A stretch of 63,258 nt of DNA, filler included, from Octopus bimaculoides (lineage: Eukaryota): the NCBI RefSeq assembly GCF_001194135.2. It is 9 parts of 9 records of this genome, joined end to end, with 100 filler letters (N's around TTAATTAATTAA, not from the genome) between each part and the next. Parts side by side here need not be neighbours in the genome. Positions count along the whole stretch, not along the records: positions 33,182 to 45,318 come from NC_068991.1; positions 45,419 to 52,004 come from NC_068981.1; 7 more parts are not named here. One strand, given 5' to 3'. Positions within the stretch are counted from its first letter, which is position 1. Each line of letters starts with the position of its first letter. The notes beneath the pieces were generated by a model that was given only the letters and a program-made list of their open reading frames with translations, was not told where the DNA came from and ran no database searches. Both the position numbers and the translations under genes were made by a program. Below are positions 37,351 through 51,494 of this stretch, piece by piece.

Positions 37351-39074
37351 TGAGACACTAGCCTCATTATAAGCTACACAGTAGAAACTCTCAGTTCCTG
37401 CCAAGATTATTAGCTTTGATAAATAAATTTGTCAAAAAAATTTTCCTTAAATTTTTCAGTTCAAACTGTAAACCCACATTGCTTTATTTAATTAAACAGG
37501 ATTCTAGATACAAATTCCAAGAACTTGTATGATTGTTGTTCGTTGGATCTAGATGAACACTTATCAAGAGATTTCCAGTTGTGAACACTTCGTTATGTTT
37601 ACACACACACACACACACACAATATATGTGTGTATATATATGGATATACCCACATATATATGCATGTAAATATATACACACTAGTAGGCCCCGTGGAAAT
37701 TCTATGGAATGGAAAAATTAAGAGGACCAATTTAAGAAAGAAAGGATGATTTGCCTTTTTATAGCATTCAAAGTTTAGCTTTCTTCAAATATTCTTGATG
37801 TTCATCTACATTCATTTCCTCATGTCGGGGTTGTCTTTTTCTTCTTTTTGTTATATCTTCTCATTGATCCTCTCTGGCCTGTGCTCTATATCTGCACATC
37901 CTTTCTAGGGCAGCTTGCAACCATGTTTTTTGTGAATCCAGAGTTTAGGTTAAATTAAACCTTATAAACAAATATGAGTTTTTTAAGTGAGCAAATGATA
38001 AATAATTGCACCTATGTGTATGCGATAGCAGTTATAAAAAAATTAGTTCAATAGAAAAAAATGGCTTTCAATATCAACACACCACCACCACCGTTATCTC
38101 TTTCTCTATCCCTCTCTCTCAACCACCTCCACTATCTCTCTTTCTCTGTCAATGTAACTGTCTCCCCTGTCCACCTCTCTCTATCTACTTTTCCCCTCAG
38201 CTAACTTTTTAACCACGTAATAAGTTTCCTTTCCCACGCTTCTCTCTCCCTCCCTCTATTTCACTCGTTCTTTGCTTCTGCCTTCAGCTGACCACGTTGG
38301 CCTAAGTGTATTAATATCCATCACCTTTCTCTACTTCTCCTGCTCTTCTTTCTTCACTCCTCCCTCCCCCACTCTCTCTCATTCACTCTTCCTCAACCTC
38401 CACCTCTCTAACTAACTAATGTACTAGAAGCAAACAAACAAGCAGATTATTATATAGATATGTGTGTGTGTTTGTGAATTTTCCAATATATATATATATA
38501 GCACATGCAAATATATTCTACATTCATGCATATACATTTTGCACGTCATTAACTTAACAGCCACTCTTATATAAATGCATTCACATATACATAAATGGTT
38601 ATGGTGATGCAAACAAGAAAAATAGAACTCAAAATATGAGTATATGTATGTGGTTGAGCTCTTTTCGAGTGTTGGACAATAACCAAAACCTTTGGCATCA
38701 TGTCAAGCTTGAGAAGAAGACCTATCAAGACAAGCAAAATCTCAGTGTCACACAAATGGCACCCATGCCGGTGAGAGGTAAAAGCACCCATTACACTCTC
38801 AGAGTGGTTGGCGTTAGGAAGGGCATCCAGCCATAAAAATCATGCCAAATCAGACTGGAATCTGGTGCAGCTCCCCAGCTTGCCAGCCCTAGTCAAACCA
38901 TCCAACCCATGCCAGCATGGACAACGGACTTTAAATAATGATGATGATGATGATGATTTAGCAGAAGGGCCAAGAGTTTCATGTGTTGGCTTTTATCAAT
39001 GTTGATGAGTGCCAACACACGAAACTCTTGACCCTTGAGTTACTCTGTTGCTTCTGCTAAATATTAATCAAAAT

Positions 39075-39460
39075 ATGTGGAGGCACAATGGCCCAGTGGT
39101 TAGGGCACCGGACTTGCAGTTGTAGGATTGCAGTTTCAATTCCAAGACTGGACATTGTGAGCATTTATTGAGCGGAAACACCTAAAGCTCCACGAGGTTC
39201 TGGCAGGGGATGATGGCGAACCCTGCTGTACTCTTTCACCATGACTTTCTCTCACTCTTTCTTTCTGTTTCTGTTGTGCCTGTAATTCAAAGGGCCAGTC
39301 TTGTCACACTCTGTGTCACGCTGAATCTCCCCGAGAACTACGTTAAGGGTACACATGCTTGTGGAGTGCTCAGCCACTTGCACATTAATTTCATAAGCAG
39401 GCTGTTCTGTTGATCGGATTAACTGTAACCCTCATCATTGTAACTGACGGAGTGCCACAA
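39075..39460 (+). mobile_element. tRNA-headed SINE family E
   Basis: A-box tggcccagtgg and B-box-like gtttcaattcc followed by a non-tRNA body. Confidence 0.7.
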
Positions 39461-40499
39461 AAAATAAAAATATATACATCAACATATATATTGAAGACTC
39501 ACCCATCACAACAGAATTGAGATCCTAAAACCAAGTTGTCATATAAAAAGCATTGGTGTGGGTGATAGTTCCAATTAAAAAGCACTGGTGATTGTACCAC
39601 ATAAAAAGCACCCAGTATATTGTAAAGTGGTTGGTGTTAGGAAGGGTTTCCAGCTATAGAAACCAAGCCAAAGCAGACTATGGAATCTGGTGCAGCCTCT
39701 TGCCATGCCATTTCCTGCTGAACTGTCCAACCAATGCCAGCATGGAAAACATATGTTAAATGTTGATGATATATAGACAGATAAAAAGAAAGAAAGTAAA
39801 AATTGATATAGATACAATACACGCAACTTTTGTCTTTTTATTCTCAAGAATAATATGAAATGATATAAAGCTTCATATTATCACAAAATGGTGCAACATA
39901 TTGGTTTCAAATTTTGGCACCAGGGGATAAGTCAATTACATTGATCCCAGAGCTTCACTGGTACTTATTTTATCAACACCAAAAGGATGAAAGACAAAGT
40001 TGACCTCAGTAGAATTTGAACTCAGAACATAACGACCAACAAAATGTCACTAAGCATTTTGCCTGGCACGCTAACAATTTTACCAGCTTGCTGCCTTAGA
40101 ACAGCGTAATATATGCAATTATCAAAAGTCATGAACACCTTTCATCAAATCAAAATAACATGTTTTAGTTTGAATAAGATTTCAGAAGTATACTTACCTT
40201 CAGTTATCAAATATTAAGACAGCTTATTACCAGGTGCATTTGGGGCAAAACAAAAGTTTAAAATGAGACAACGAACATGATTATTATTTACAGAAAATTT
40301 GGAATGTGCATTTGTTACTGTTATTTAACCATAAAACAACAGCACTCATAATATTTGACAGTTTCTGTGAATGCATTGAATGAATTCCTCTTTCAGTATT
40401 TAGCAGCTCTCCACAAAGTAATTTCACTTAAATATAATTTGTATAACTAAATACAATTCGTAAAAAAAAAATGAATTTTACACACTTCACGTATTGAAT

Positions 40500-41100
40500 T
40501 TGAATTCCTACAGCACGTAAAGTGGATACGATGGTCTTCTGCAGAGTTTCCTGCTGTTGTCAAAGAGTATCCATTTCTCATCACAAGTAATGATTTGATG
40601 CAAAAATGGTCATTTTCCTGTCAAGAAAGCAATAAGGAGCACACTTCGCAGCCTCTGTTTTTTTGAATCTCGTTCAGTTGATGTGGAACAAACCTATCCA
40701 TTTTCCTGACTTTCCCAATTTTTTACAGGTGTCCAAAGACAGTTGTGCGAGATATTTGGAGTTCTGATGAAAGTTTCCGAACCTTTATTCTCAGATTTTG
40801 TTCATGAAACATTTAATCCATCATGCTCAATAACTGATTTTGGCCTACCCCTTGGTTTATTTTCAAGGCTATCATTTCTTGAATGAGAGCTTTGGAACCA
40901 TCTCTGAACAGTTCTGATGTCAACAAAACCATTACCAAAGGCTCACTTGATATTCCGTAGAGATTCTGTGGCAGAATAATCCAGTTTGTACTCATATGAG
41001 AAAATCACTCAACATTGTTTGTTATCATTTTCATAAAGTCTGTGGGTATGAATTTTGTATACCATAATTGAGTTTTTAAATGACTGAAATAACAAGTAAT
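40500..41100 (-). mobile_element. Mariner transposase relic
   Basis: FVPHQLNEIQKK...PFLHQIITCDEKWILFDN: WVPHEL linker and first catalytic Asp (TCDEKW). Confidence 0.88.
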
Positions 41101-41152
41101 TAAAAAATGTGACATTTCATGNNNNNNNNNNNNNNNNNNNNNNNNNNNNNNN

Positions 41153-41183
<31 letters not shown>

Positions 41184-43649
41184 CAAAATGGGACAAGAAC
41201 GCAAAACATTCAGACAGTTAGGTGATACAAGAAAGGGAATACAAAACATTCAGATAGACGATACAAAGAAAACAAGGACAGGTCATTCAGAGTTTTCTTT
41301 CATCAGTCAAGATCCAGATTATCTTTGCAATTTCAGCTGGTTATACTCGATATTGCTCCAATCTGGCCAGCCCTAAGGATTCAATCGATTATATATCTCT
41401 TACAATAATTAGTTGCATATCTGGTCAACAGAACTCAATGATTTAAAACATTAATTACACAAAATCATATATTTTAATGAAAATCTGTATTTTGGAATGG
41501 AATAAATTGAACAACAAATATTTTCTGAAGAAAGTATTTATTGGCAAAGAATCTGTCAACAACAAATTGGTAAATTCAGATATAAACACAGTTTCAAACA
41601 ATATTACAGTTTTTCATCAAATGTCTGACAATAATATTTCATTCTTGTCCTTGCAAGATAATAAAATTTTACTAATTAAGCAGTGATATTTACTTTGTTT
41701 TTGTAAAGAAAAAAATAATACCCAAATATTCTGATTTTTTAATTTGGAAAATGAACAACAGAACCAATCTTTTTATATTTCATAATGAATGGTAGTCTTT
41801 GTTTACCGCAAAACAATAACTGGTGTGTATATAGATACCATCTGATGCTTAATGTAAATAATAATCTTAAAGAAATGAGGATATTTCTGATTTCACATTA
41901 GACATCATCAAAGGATTTAACCATGGTAGAGCACATCTGTGGAATAAATAGATATCATTTAAAACCTGCAATTTATGTTTCATTCACCATATTTAGTGGC
42001 ATAAAAGACAAATGAGTATATTAGACGCACCCCAATTTCAGCAGTACATATTCAGGAGAAAAACGGTTTTAATGCATGTAATGTAAGTCTAACTCTGTAT
42101 AGGACCTGAGGTGATTTTTTGAGACATTATTTTGGGAGAAAAGGGAATCTTGTAAGCCATCAAATAAAAGAAAGTACTTCAAAAATGTCTTCAATGATTT
42201 TTTTTTTTTAAATGACTATTCTGAATTATTAAACCTCACAAATAGGACAGGGTTGTATAATTAAGAAGTTGGTATTGTAACCACATGGTCCCAGGTTACA
42301 TTCCATCACGCAGTGCCATGAGCAGGTATTATATGTTTCTGAAATATACTTATTTAAAGTCCAATATTGTAGTCCCGCAGTGAAGTATTTATCCAGAACA
42401 AAGCCATAGTTGCAAGAGGCTCTGTACTTCAAAAAGATTTCTTCAACTCAATAACAAATTTCTCCCATTGAACCAGTAGCCATGTTATATAATACTGATC
42501 ATCTGACCCTTAACCCTTATGTTGAGTATGTTATCAAATAAGCATATACATAAATCATATGAAGCATGCAACACAACCATATCAATGTTGTATCTTTTCC
42601 TTTCATTTTTAGATTGAATTCAAATAAAAACTTTATCTGATCACTGTGTTTATTCTTGCATATGTGCGTATGTGTATATGTATGTATAAAATTATTCTTT
42701 TCTTGCCGATAGAATAAGTACCAGGCTTAAAATAAAAATGTAGTACTGGGGTCTATTTGTTTGATTAAAATTCTTCAAGGCGGTGCCCCAGTCTGATAAC
42801 TGAAACAAGTTAAAGATAAAATGTAACATGTATATGCGACATATTCTATTGATCCAAAATGTTTGAAAGGTAAACTTAATCCTATTAGGATGTGAATGGT
42901 TACAGAAAATATAGTAAATATCTTTGAAGATAGGTATTAACATATATTGATTAACTGAAAGAGAAGATTGATTTATGACTGGAAATTTGTACAATAAATG
43001 GCAAAAAATATAGTCTTTTTCTTCATTCTAGAATCTACTTTTATCCTATTTGTTTCAGTTATTGGAATGTTGTCTTGCTGAGGCACTGTCTTGAAAGCAG
43101 CAGCTACCCAAAATACATTTTAAGCACTTCTTTCAAGTGTGAGCCATCATAACTAGTGAAGTTGTAATAGAATAGTTCGTATTGTAATCTTACCATAATA
43201 TTGGAATCTTCAAGACAAATGACCATTCAAGTCACTATCTAAAATAGTAGTGATCACCTGACTACCAAACAGAGTCACATGTTGTAGAAAACTTATAAAT
43301 CCCATGAAATATGCAACACAGTCATATCAGCGTTAGTGTTTTCTATTGTAATCTTGGGTTGGAATTTATCACAATGTTAAATTACTATGCAATTTATTTC
43401 AGAAACTATAAGTCATTCACTATTTGCCATGTAAAAAAAAAAAGAACACTCAGTACACTCTGTAAAGTGGTTGGCAATAGGAAGGGCATCCAATCATAGA
43501 AACCATGCCAAAACAAACATTGGAACTTGGTACAGTCCTCTGGTTCATCAACTCCTGTTTGAACTGTCCAATTCAAGATAGCATGGAAAACAGATGTTAA
43601 ATGATGATAAAACTTTTAAAAATTTTCCAATATATTTCATAAAACTTAC

Positions 43650-43717
43650 CTTGCAGCTACTTTTGGAAGAATCCATATTTTGGGAGCATTCTGACATATG
43701 TTCAGAAAATTCAACAT
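43650..43717 (-). CDS. Candidate minus-strand exon (possibly FAS1 gene)
   Basis: Very strong sites gtttttctttttttcag| and AAG|gtaagt, 68 nt. Frame 0 to 2 reads MLNFLNICQNAPKIWILPKVAA(R) and is compatible with exon 7912-8074. Frame 1 to 0 reads VEFSEHMSECSQNMDSSKSSCK. Confidence 0.5.
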
Positions 43718-44164
43718 CTGAAAAAAAGAAAAACAATGACGAAATTTAAAACAGTTATCAAAAAAATAGTTATACACTAACAGAAAACTGTCTTAAAATT
43801 TGTTTTACTTAGAAAAACCTAATTCATTTCAGTTTTATACTTTGATTATCCCAGAGAAAAATGAAAAAATCTATGAAAGATTCCTAGCCAGGCATAGGTA
43901 TAGCTGTGTGGTTAAGAAGCTTGCTTTGCAACCACACGGCACATGGTTTTGGGTTCAGTCCCACTGTGCAGCACAACAAGCAGGTGTCTCCTACTATAGA
44001 GGGGAAGTTTCAATGTATTCCTTCAATTTCCTTACACCATTTATGTGGCTGTTTCTGACAAGAAATTTTGCTTTCATGTAAAACAATTATATTTTGTAGC
44101 CATTATCTGTAATCTATTCCCAAAACACCTCAGTAGCTCTACTTTGCATCGCTCACAAACTTAC

Positions 44165-44230
44165 ATGTTCTATGATCATTAAAGTGCAACGACCTCCACA
44201 ATAACCAGCCTTCAATTTGGTTTTCTGTTC
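44165..44230 (-). CDS. Candidate minus-strand exon (possibly FAS1 H2 region)
   Basis: Acceptor atgtttccaattaacctag|, donor CAT|gtaagt, 66 nt. Phase 0 reads EQKTKLKAGYCGGRCTLMIIEH; joined to the next exon it gives TLMIIEHML, loosely like FAS1 H2 (VIHVIDxVL). A phase 1 frame is also open. Confidence 0.4.
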
Positions 44231-44589
44231 CTAGGTTAATTGGAAACATAGATTGCTGTGCTACTCATAAACCTTCTTGCTAGTTCAATTATTTGGTGAA
44301 AAAATACCACTAAAGTAACTTAAACTGTCCAAAGGATGGGTGCGTTTGCTACTACATTCATAGATCAAACTTACAGTCTAAAAGCGACAGAAAATTAAAG
44401 GGGAGGAAGTAAGTCCAGCAGCCATTTCTGGGGGCTCGGAGATTCATCATAATGTTGGTAGATGTAGTTCATCAAAATATGCAGTAAGTAATGGAAGAAA
44501 ATAAACATTGGCTAAATTGAGCCTCCATCATCAGTGTAGAAAAAAATCTTACATTTCAGATCATGGTGCAGAGAAGATTAAAGGTGGAA

Positions 44590-44905
44590 TGCATGGCTCA
44601 GTGGTTAGAACATCCAGCTGACAATCATGAAGTAGTGAGTTTGATTCTCAGACCAGGCTGTGTGTTGTGTTCACGAGTAAGATACTTTACTTCATGTTGC
44701 TCCAGTTCACTCAGTTGAAGAAATGAGTTGCAACATCGCTGGTGCCAAGCTGTATTGGCCATTGCCTTTCCCTTGGATAACATTGGTGACGTGGAGAGAG
44801 GAGACTGGTATGCATGGGTGATTGCTTATCTTCCACAAACAACCTTGCCTGGACTTGTGTTTTGGAGAGGAACATTTTAGGTGCAATCACATGGTCATTC
44901 ATGAC
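44590..44905 (+). mobile_element. tRNA-headed SINE family F; inverted copy at about 53900-54150, partial copy at 54750-54820
   Basis: Head gcatggctcagtggttaga; shared body ggtatgcatggg.gact..tcttccataaacaaccttgc..gacttgtg..ggtgcaatcccatggtcattcatgac. Confidence 0.75.
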
Positions 44906-45794
44906 CAAATTGGGTCTCTCTCTTTCTCTTATATATATATATATATGTTGTTGTACTTGGGGATGGTCATATTGCCAGTTTAGCCAATAAAAACACACGC
45001 ACTGTATATTTGGTGTTAATTTGCTTCAGCTTTATATTACATTAATCTTAATCTTATTTCGGCCAGAGTTCTTTCGTTACACTTCTGTGACCTCATCAGT
45101 GGTCCTTTGTTTCCTTCTTTCTTATGTGTGTCTCACCTTGCTAACTATCAGCCATTTTGTATTTTGTATTCCTATTGTATGTGTCTACGCATGCGTGTCC
45201 TTCAATGTGTCTGTGTCTTTTGTAAGTGCATGTGTGTATGGGGAGTGTCTGTATCACCTCTGTTCTCTGTTAATACGTGTTCGTTTGTATTTGTTTTTAT
45301 TTATTTATTTGTTCATGTNNNNNNNNNNNNNNNNNNNNNNNNNNNNNNNNNNNNNNNNNNNNTTAATTAATTAANNNNNNNNNNNNNNNNNNNNNNNNNN
45401 NNNNNNNNNNNNNNNNNNACAAAAGAACTTCACATACACACCACACATTCTGTCTCGCATACTCACTATAAAAAGATAGCGTCTATTTCTTTTTGGCAAC
45501 ATGTGTTTTGTGTGTAATGTTGCTGTGTGTGTGAGAGAAGGAGAGAGAGAAAGAAAGAAAGAAACAAACAAACAAAGAAACAAAGAATGAAAGAAAGAAA
45601 GAAAGAAAGAACGAAAGAAAGATAGAAAGAGAGATAACTTCCATGTGTGTGTAAGGGAGGGAGAGAGAGAGAGAAGGTATTTTTTCTTACCACACAACTG
45701 TTAAGAAATAGCCGCCCTCTCCTACTTTTTTTTGTCAGACGCTGGCAAATAAAATGTGGCTCTCCTTCACCCTCCCTCTCACAAACATAGATTT

Positions 45795-45835
<41 letters not shown>

Positions 45836-45836
<1 letters not shown>

Positions 45837-46072
45837 CTTCACGCGCGTACGCACAGATTTGACTTCGCCATGTCAACAAACTTCAAAATTGGTATAAGTT
45901 TATCGATTTTTACAGCTATACACGGGTACCTCTGAGAGAAAGTTCACTTAAATGCACATAGGGTCATTCCGAATATTCTCCTAAAATTGGAGCGACATGC
46001 GTGCTAATTTGTGGACGTGCAAAAACCACATTCACGTACACACACAAACATCCTCTGTTTTATAGATATAGA
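45836..46072. mobile_element. Possible non-autonomous Helitron-like repeat
   Basis: Ends cacacacaaacatcctctgttttatagatatagat, resembling the 3' termini of invertebrate non-autonomous rolling-circle elements. Confidence 0.3.
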
Positions 46073-49000
46073 TAAAGGAGAAAGACAGACAGAAAGAGAG
46101 ATTCACACATATGAATGCGGATAAAAGTAGGCGTATATTAGATATGAATAATTACAGACAGAAAGAATTATTATGTTCACAAGATTCCTATGTTCACTTC
46201 AGACTATTTATTATTTAAAATGATATTAAAAATAAATTTTGCGTCGAAAGTGAATCGTGCTCATATTCGCCGAATGCGCATAAAATATTAAATTGATTGT
46301 ATGTCCCAGATAATATTTCTGTCGAATGTAATGTTCATTTAATATCCGTTATTTAAATATTTTCTGTTACATAGAATCATCTTATATTTGATTTGCTTCA
46401 AAGATAATGTTATAATGAGAATATAATGTAATTCTTGTGACAATGTAAAAGAAAAGGAGATGTCACATATTCCACCAATTAAGTAGCGCTACTAAGGAAG
46501 TCGAACGGAATAATTGTCATCTCAAGACTGCTTTGAAAACAACATAGAAAACCATGTGTGTCCTTTTTTTTGTTATTACTATCGATTCTCACTTAGTACT
46601 ATCGAAATCTATTTTGAATTAAATAAACTAATCAGCCGTGTTTGACAACAAAATTGTGACTCGAGTATTAAAACTGGAATTTCAATAAATATCAGCAGTA
46701 TAAAAACAAAAGTGCTGTTCTCTTCATTTATTTATTTACTTTTTGTCAGATCAGAATTGGCTGAACGGATCTATGATCAAAGGTATTCCAGCCATGACAG
46801 TCCTGTCTGTTTCCGTGTAAATTGAATTTAGGAGCACATTATCGAACGTTCTCATTTCTTTTAATGGCGGCATGGTTTTTATTTTAGAGAGACGAGTTTT
46901 CTATATTTAACGTTGAATCTTAGTAGAATAATGTTTGCGGCTAAGGTAACCATTTCAAATATGTTACTTACAATCGAGTGTTGTACGAAAAATACTAATA
47001 AATTATTCATGAAGGAAATACTTCGACATGTAACACTACATAACCTAGACATTTACAATTTTAAACACATTATGTTATGTAAATTTCAAATAAGACTAAA
47101 AACACAACATGATATAGAGGCACTGGACATTATTTGAAGGATATCATTAACCAATTCGAACACAAAATATATTCTAAATATCTTTTCAGAAATCTGTTTT
47201 ATTATTCTTGAAAATATAGTGTAATTAAAATATTAAACAAATTAAATCTAGCTGTATTAAAAAGTGGATTCTCTCCTAAATTCAGTTTTGAAGCAAGATT
47301 ATTAAAAAGTAAATGATGCAATAAAAGCAATTTTCTCATACTGAGTAATAGAATTATAAGGAATTCGGCCAACATTGTTACGGACATAAACAATTCCATT
47401 TTGTATGTTCGCCTCTATATCTATGTATTTACTGTGTGTTAAAATAGACGTGTGCCAATTTCCGTCTAATATAATACAATGAAAATGTCATGCACCAAAC
47501 ATTAAAGATAGCTATATTAATCTTATACTCCCATATATTTTGTATAATTCTGCAATATCATTTCCTTTCACACTAAGTGACTATTACTTCCGCCTAAAAT
47601 TCTACAAATATTGTTTAGGAGACGAAAACAATTCGTAAATTGTAAGTCTTAATATCGACACACATTTGCCGCAAACACAGGCGGTTGTTACATATTTTCA
47701 TCTTTACATGAACCTCAGATGAATGCAATCCGTAAAACGTTCCCGGTTTTAGTGGTTTAAATACTGTAAAACTCTCTTATTTTCCCGAGACATTCTAATT
47801 TTATCTCCATCGTTTCTCACGGAAATCGTATGAATTATTAAAATACAGGGTATAATAATAGCAACAAGAAGTAATGTGTAGAGATAATATATAGTAATTA
47901 CACAAGAATATAAATATCGTGCTAAGTAGCTAAATTTCAGGTCTTATATAATGAAAATAAATGGGTGATAGATATATTGTATTATTGCCAAATATTTTAA
48001 CAGTCTGTACGTTACTACTTTGAACTAGCTAAAATGTTTCTAATTTATAGATGCTCTGTATATTTGCATGGTTAAACTTGTCTATGTATGGATTAATCTA
48101 CTTGCGCACGTATTAACACAGCATTTCCCAATATTTGTTGTATTATTTAAATATACATTCACAAACATAAACTCGCCTGGAGTTGAAGTAATTATCTTCT
48201 ATTTGTAATAATATTGATTGACATGTATTTCCATATGTAAAAGTACATTATAAATACTTCATGACTATATTATCGAAAGTACGAGACTAAATTATTATCT
48301 ATTACTATCTTAATTACCAATATAAAAACAAAACAAAATTGAATTTGTTGTCAAGATTATGGTATTTATTTGTCTAATAGATATATTATACATTTTGAAA
48401 ACTTAAAATATATATTTATGTGCATTGATTATAATCTTAATGTTCTTACATTTTTAGTGTTGAAAGAAGTCATTGAAAATAAATGTAAATATACATTTAA
48501 AATAATTCAGTTTTGAAATGAAAGAAGGTGAATAGCTACTTGTACTTTAAGGAGGCTGAATAGATATGTTAGGGGGAAACAAATACTTATTATGTTACTG
48601 TACGACGATAGAAGCGATTATGTACGACAGCAAGAAACGGTCTATGCAATTACAAGGATGTGCAGAATGTCCCTTGCAATATTAGTTTTATGATCATTTG
48701 CTAACTGAGTTTAAACAACGCGACGTCATGTTTCTCGTTCACATTGGTGAAGTATTTTTACGGATTCTTTCCAATGCACTCACCTCTCAAATTTCAACTG
48801 TACGTATAGCAGAAATAAAAATGATACCAGATATTAGAGATACTGTATCAAAATATCAGCGGCGAACTGATGTGCTCTTTGTAAATAATAATCTCCAACT
48901 TCTTGTTGCAATCAATCGACAAATTTTCTGCAAGTGTATGGAACATAGAATTTATCCGACGAGCTAAGAATTCATTTAAGATGGCAAGGTGTGGTTTGAA

Positions 49001-51456
49001 GGTAATTCGGCAGCTAGTTTAGCAAGACGCACGGAGATGCAGTCATTGTTTCAATATCATATACTAAACATATTCAGTAGTCTAAAATATTATATACTTC
49101 TGGGGCAAAATTTTACATTGGTGGCAGTTAGATTAGTAGGTGAATTGTAGTAGAATGCTATAATGTAGAATATTGAATATTCTAAGAGCTCATTACTCTG
49201 TATGTATGTGACTTCCTAGTTATTTTCTGTTACACTAAAGCCGAATTACGTCGACATGTCCATTCCGAATGTGATTTTAGCTAAAAAAAAATAATAAATA
49301 GAGCAGAAAAAAAACCCTCAATGTTATTATTACAGCAATAAGATACTTTATAAGGACAATATGCGTTTGCATACCTTTAAAAACTCATAGAATCTTACAT
49401 TTATAACACCTATCCTACAGTATGGATGAAGAAGCCAAATTCTATTGGAATTCTCAACACTTAAGTGTAACATATTTCTTCCGCGACTGATATATCTTGC
49501 CGATATACAGACACAAAGCACACTTCCTTTTCTAAAACATTAAACGCGTCCAGACCGTAGCTGTCTCTGCACCCACATGATCACTCAGCAGCTGTTGGAT
49601 CATAAATACACAATAGGTATCATCATACTATTTAACTTTCTAATCGTCGAATAGTGAGGTGCTTTAAGAGAGGAAATTGGTCGGAACTCTCCTGGTTATC
49701 GATCGTCTGTAACTGCATTTTGCATACGTTCTTCTGACCCATGAGAATCATCCAGGCGTATGACTGAAGCTATCGATTCGGTTATGCCACTTCATATCTC
49801 GCTCACAATAAAACATTGATTCCATGATTTTCTGAAGTAATGCCCTTACTGCAAAATGAAAGCATTTTAGGCAAAAAGCAAGTTATATAACACTTAAAAC
49901 ATTTCATTATTTTCACACAATTAGGAAAATTTTGTTTACTAATTAACGCAACTCTATTTTGATGCAATCCGAACCCCGAAAGAAGTCTCAGTACAACGTA
50001 CATTTTTTAATCTAAAGTACAGGGGATATTGCTTTTCTCTTGTTGAAAAATTTGCAATTAACTTCCTAATATTCTCCTTCCTAACAAATCCTTAATCGCC
50101 GGTATATATGCACCGTCATACACACAAATACTTAAGCGCATACATAACCATCCGTGCATACATATGTGCGTGAGAATGGAAATTTTAACTACATTATATT
50201 AAGTAATAGCAAATGAGTAAATTCTATATTTTAACATGTCATTGTATACAACAATTTCATAATCTCTCATCGGATTAATAAATCTAAAAGCATATTCCCA
50301 GTTTTTGTTTAATTTCCTAATGAGCATGAATTTAAGTTCAGCATAAAACTATAAGCATTTTAAATGCTATTAGCTGTAGCATATAACATGAATATAAATG
50401 CAGGTGTTCGAAATATAACGAAGAAACAATCGTCTATGAAATACCTTGTCATAATCGCTAATGCATATGATACACAAGAAACTTTTCTAGTGAAAATAAT
50501 GCACCCGATATATATTTTTTTTTCCAACTTGATATTTTCATCATGCAAACAGGCAATTATACAAAATAATTTCTTTTTGAATAATTTTGAATAGTGTTTA
50601 TTATATGTATTTTATAATGGTGCAGCAAAAATTGCGAAATATTAATCCCTGAAAAATGTGAATTGCAAATAAGTTTCGTCGATGAGAAACGATTCATAAC
50701 AACACAGATTTAACTCAGGATTGAAAACATCATAAGAAAATATATATGTACATATATATATATATATGTATAAATANNNNNNNNNNNNNNNNNNNNNNNN
50801 NNNNNNNNNNNNNNNNNNNNNNNNNNNNNNNNNNNNNNNNNNNNNNNNNNNNNNNNNNNNNNNNNNNNNNNNNNNNNNNNNNNNNNNNNNNNNNNNNNNN
50901 NNNNNNNNNNNNNNNNNNNNNNNNNNNNNNNNNNNNNNNNNNNNNNNNNNNNNNNNNNNNNNNNNNNNNNNNNNNNNNNNNNNNNNNNNNNNNNNNNNNN
51001 NNNNNNNNNNNNNNNNNNNNNNNNNNNNNNNNNNNNNNNNNNNNNNNNNNNNNNNNNNNNNNNNNNNNNNNNNNNNNNNNNNNNNNNNNNNNNNNNNNNN
51101 NNNNNNNNNNNNNNNNNNNNNNNNNNNNNNNNNNNNNNNNNNNNNNNNNNNNNNNNNNNNNNNNNNNNNNNNNNNNNNNNNNNNNNNNNNNNNNNNNNNN
51201 NNNNNNNNNNNNNNNNNNNNNNNNNNNNNNNNNNNNNNNNNNNNNNNNNNNNNNNNNNNNNNNNNNNNNNNNNNNNNNNNNNNNNNNNNNNNNNNNNNNN
51301 NNNNNNNNNNNNNNNNNNNNNNNNNNNNNNNNNNNNNNNNNNNNNNNNNNNNNNNNNNNNNNNNNNNNNNNNNNNNNNNNNNNNNNNNNNNNNNNNNNNN
51401 NNNNNNNNNNNNNNNNNNNNNNNNNNNNNNNNNNNNNNNNNNNNNNNNNNNNNNNN

Positions 51457-51494
<38 letters not shown>

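Noticed and set aside
39085-39155. tRNA-like sequences at SINE heads
   Set aside because: A/B boxes are present, but there is no complete cloverleaf and they continue into SINE bodies; not tRNA genes.
40192-40260. Perfect minus-strand donor GAAG|gtaagt
   Set aside because: All frames from the nearest acceptors contain stops; a few such 8-mers are expected by chance. It could at most be non-coding.
45057-45099. Hammerhead-like core on the minus strand (CTGATGA-GGTCA...TGGCC-GAAA); related repeat near 55070
   Set aside because: Stem II forms, but no stem III/UH plus stem I closure could be found in type I or type III topology.
47615-47763. Open minus-strand frame FKPLKPGTFYGLHSSEVHVKMKICNNRLCL after an acceptor-like ttttacag
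   Set aside because: Only vague similarity to a FAS1 middle region and no convincing donor.
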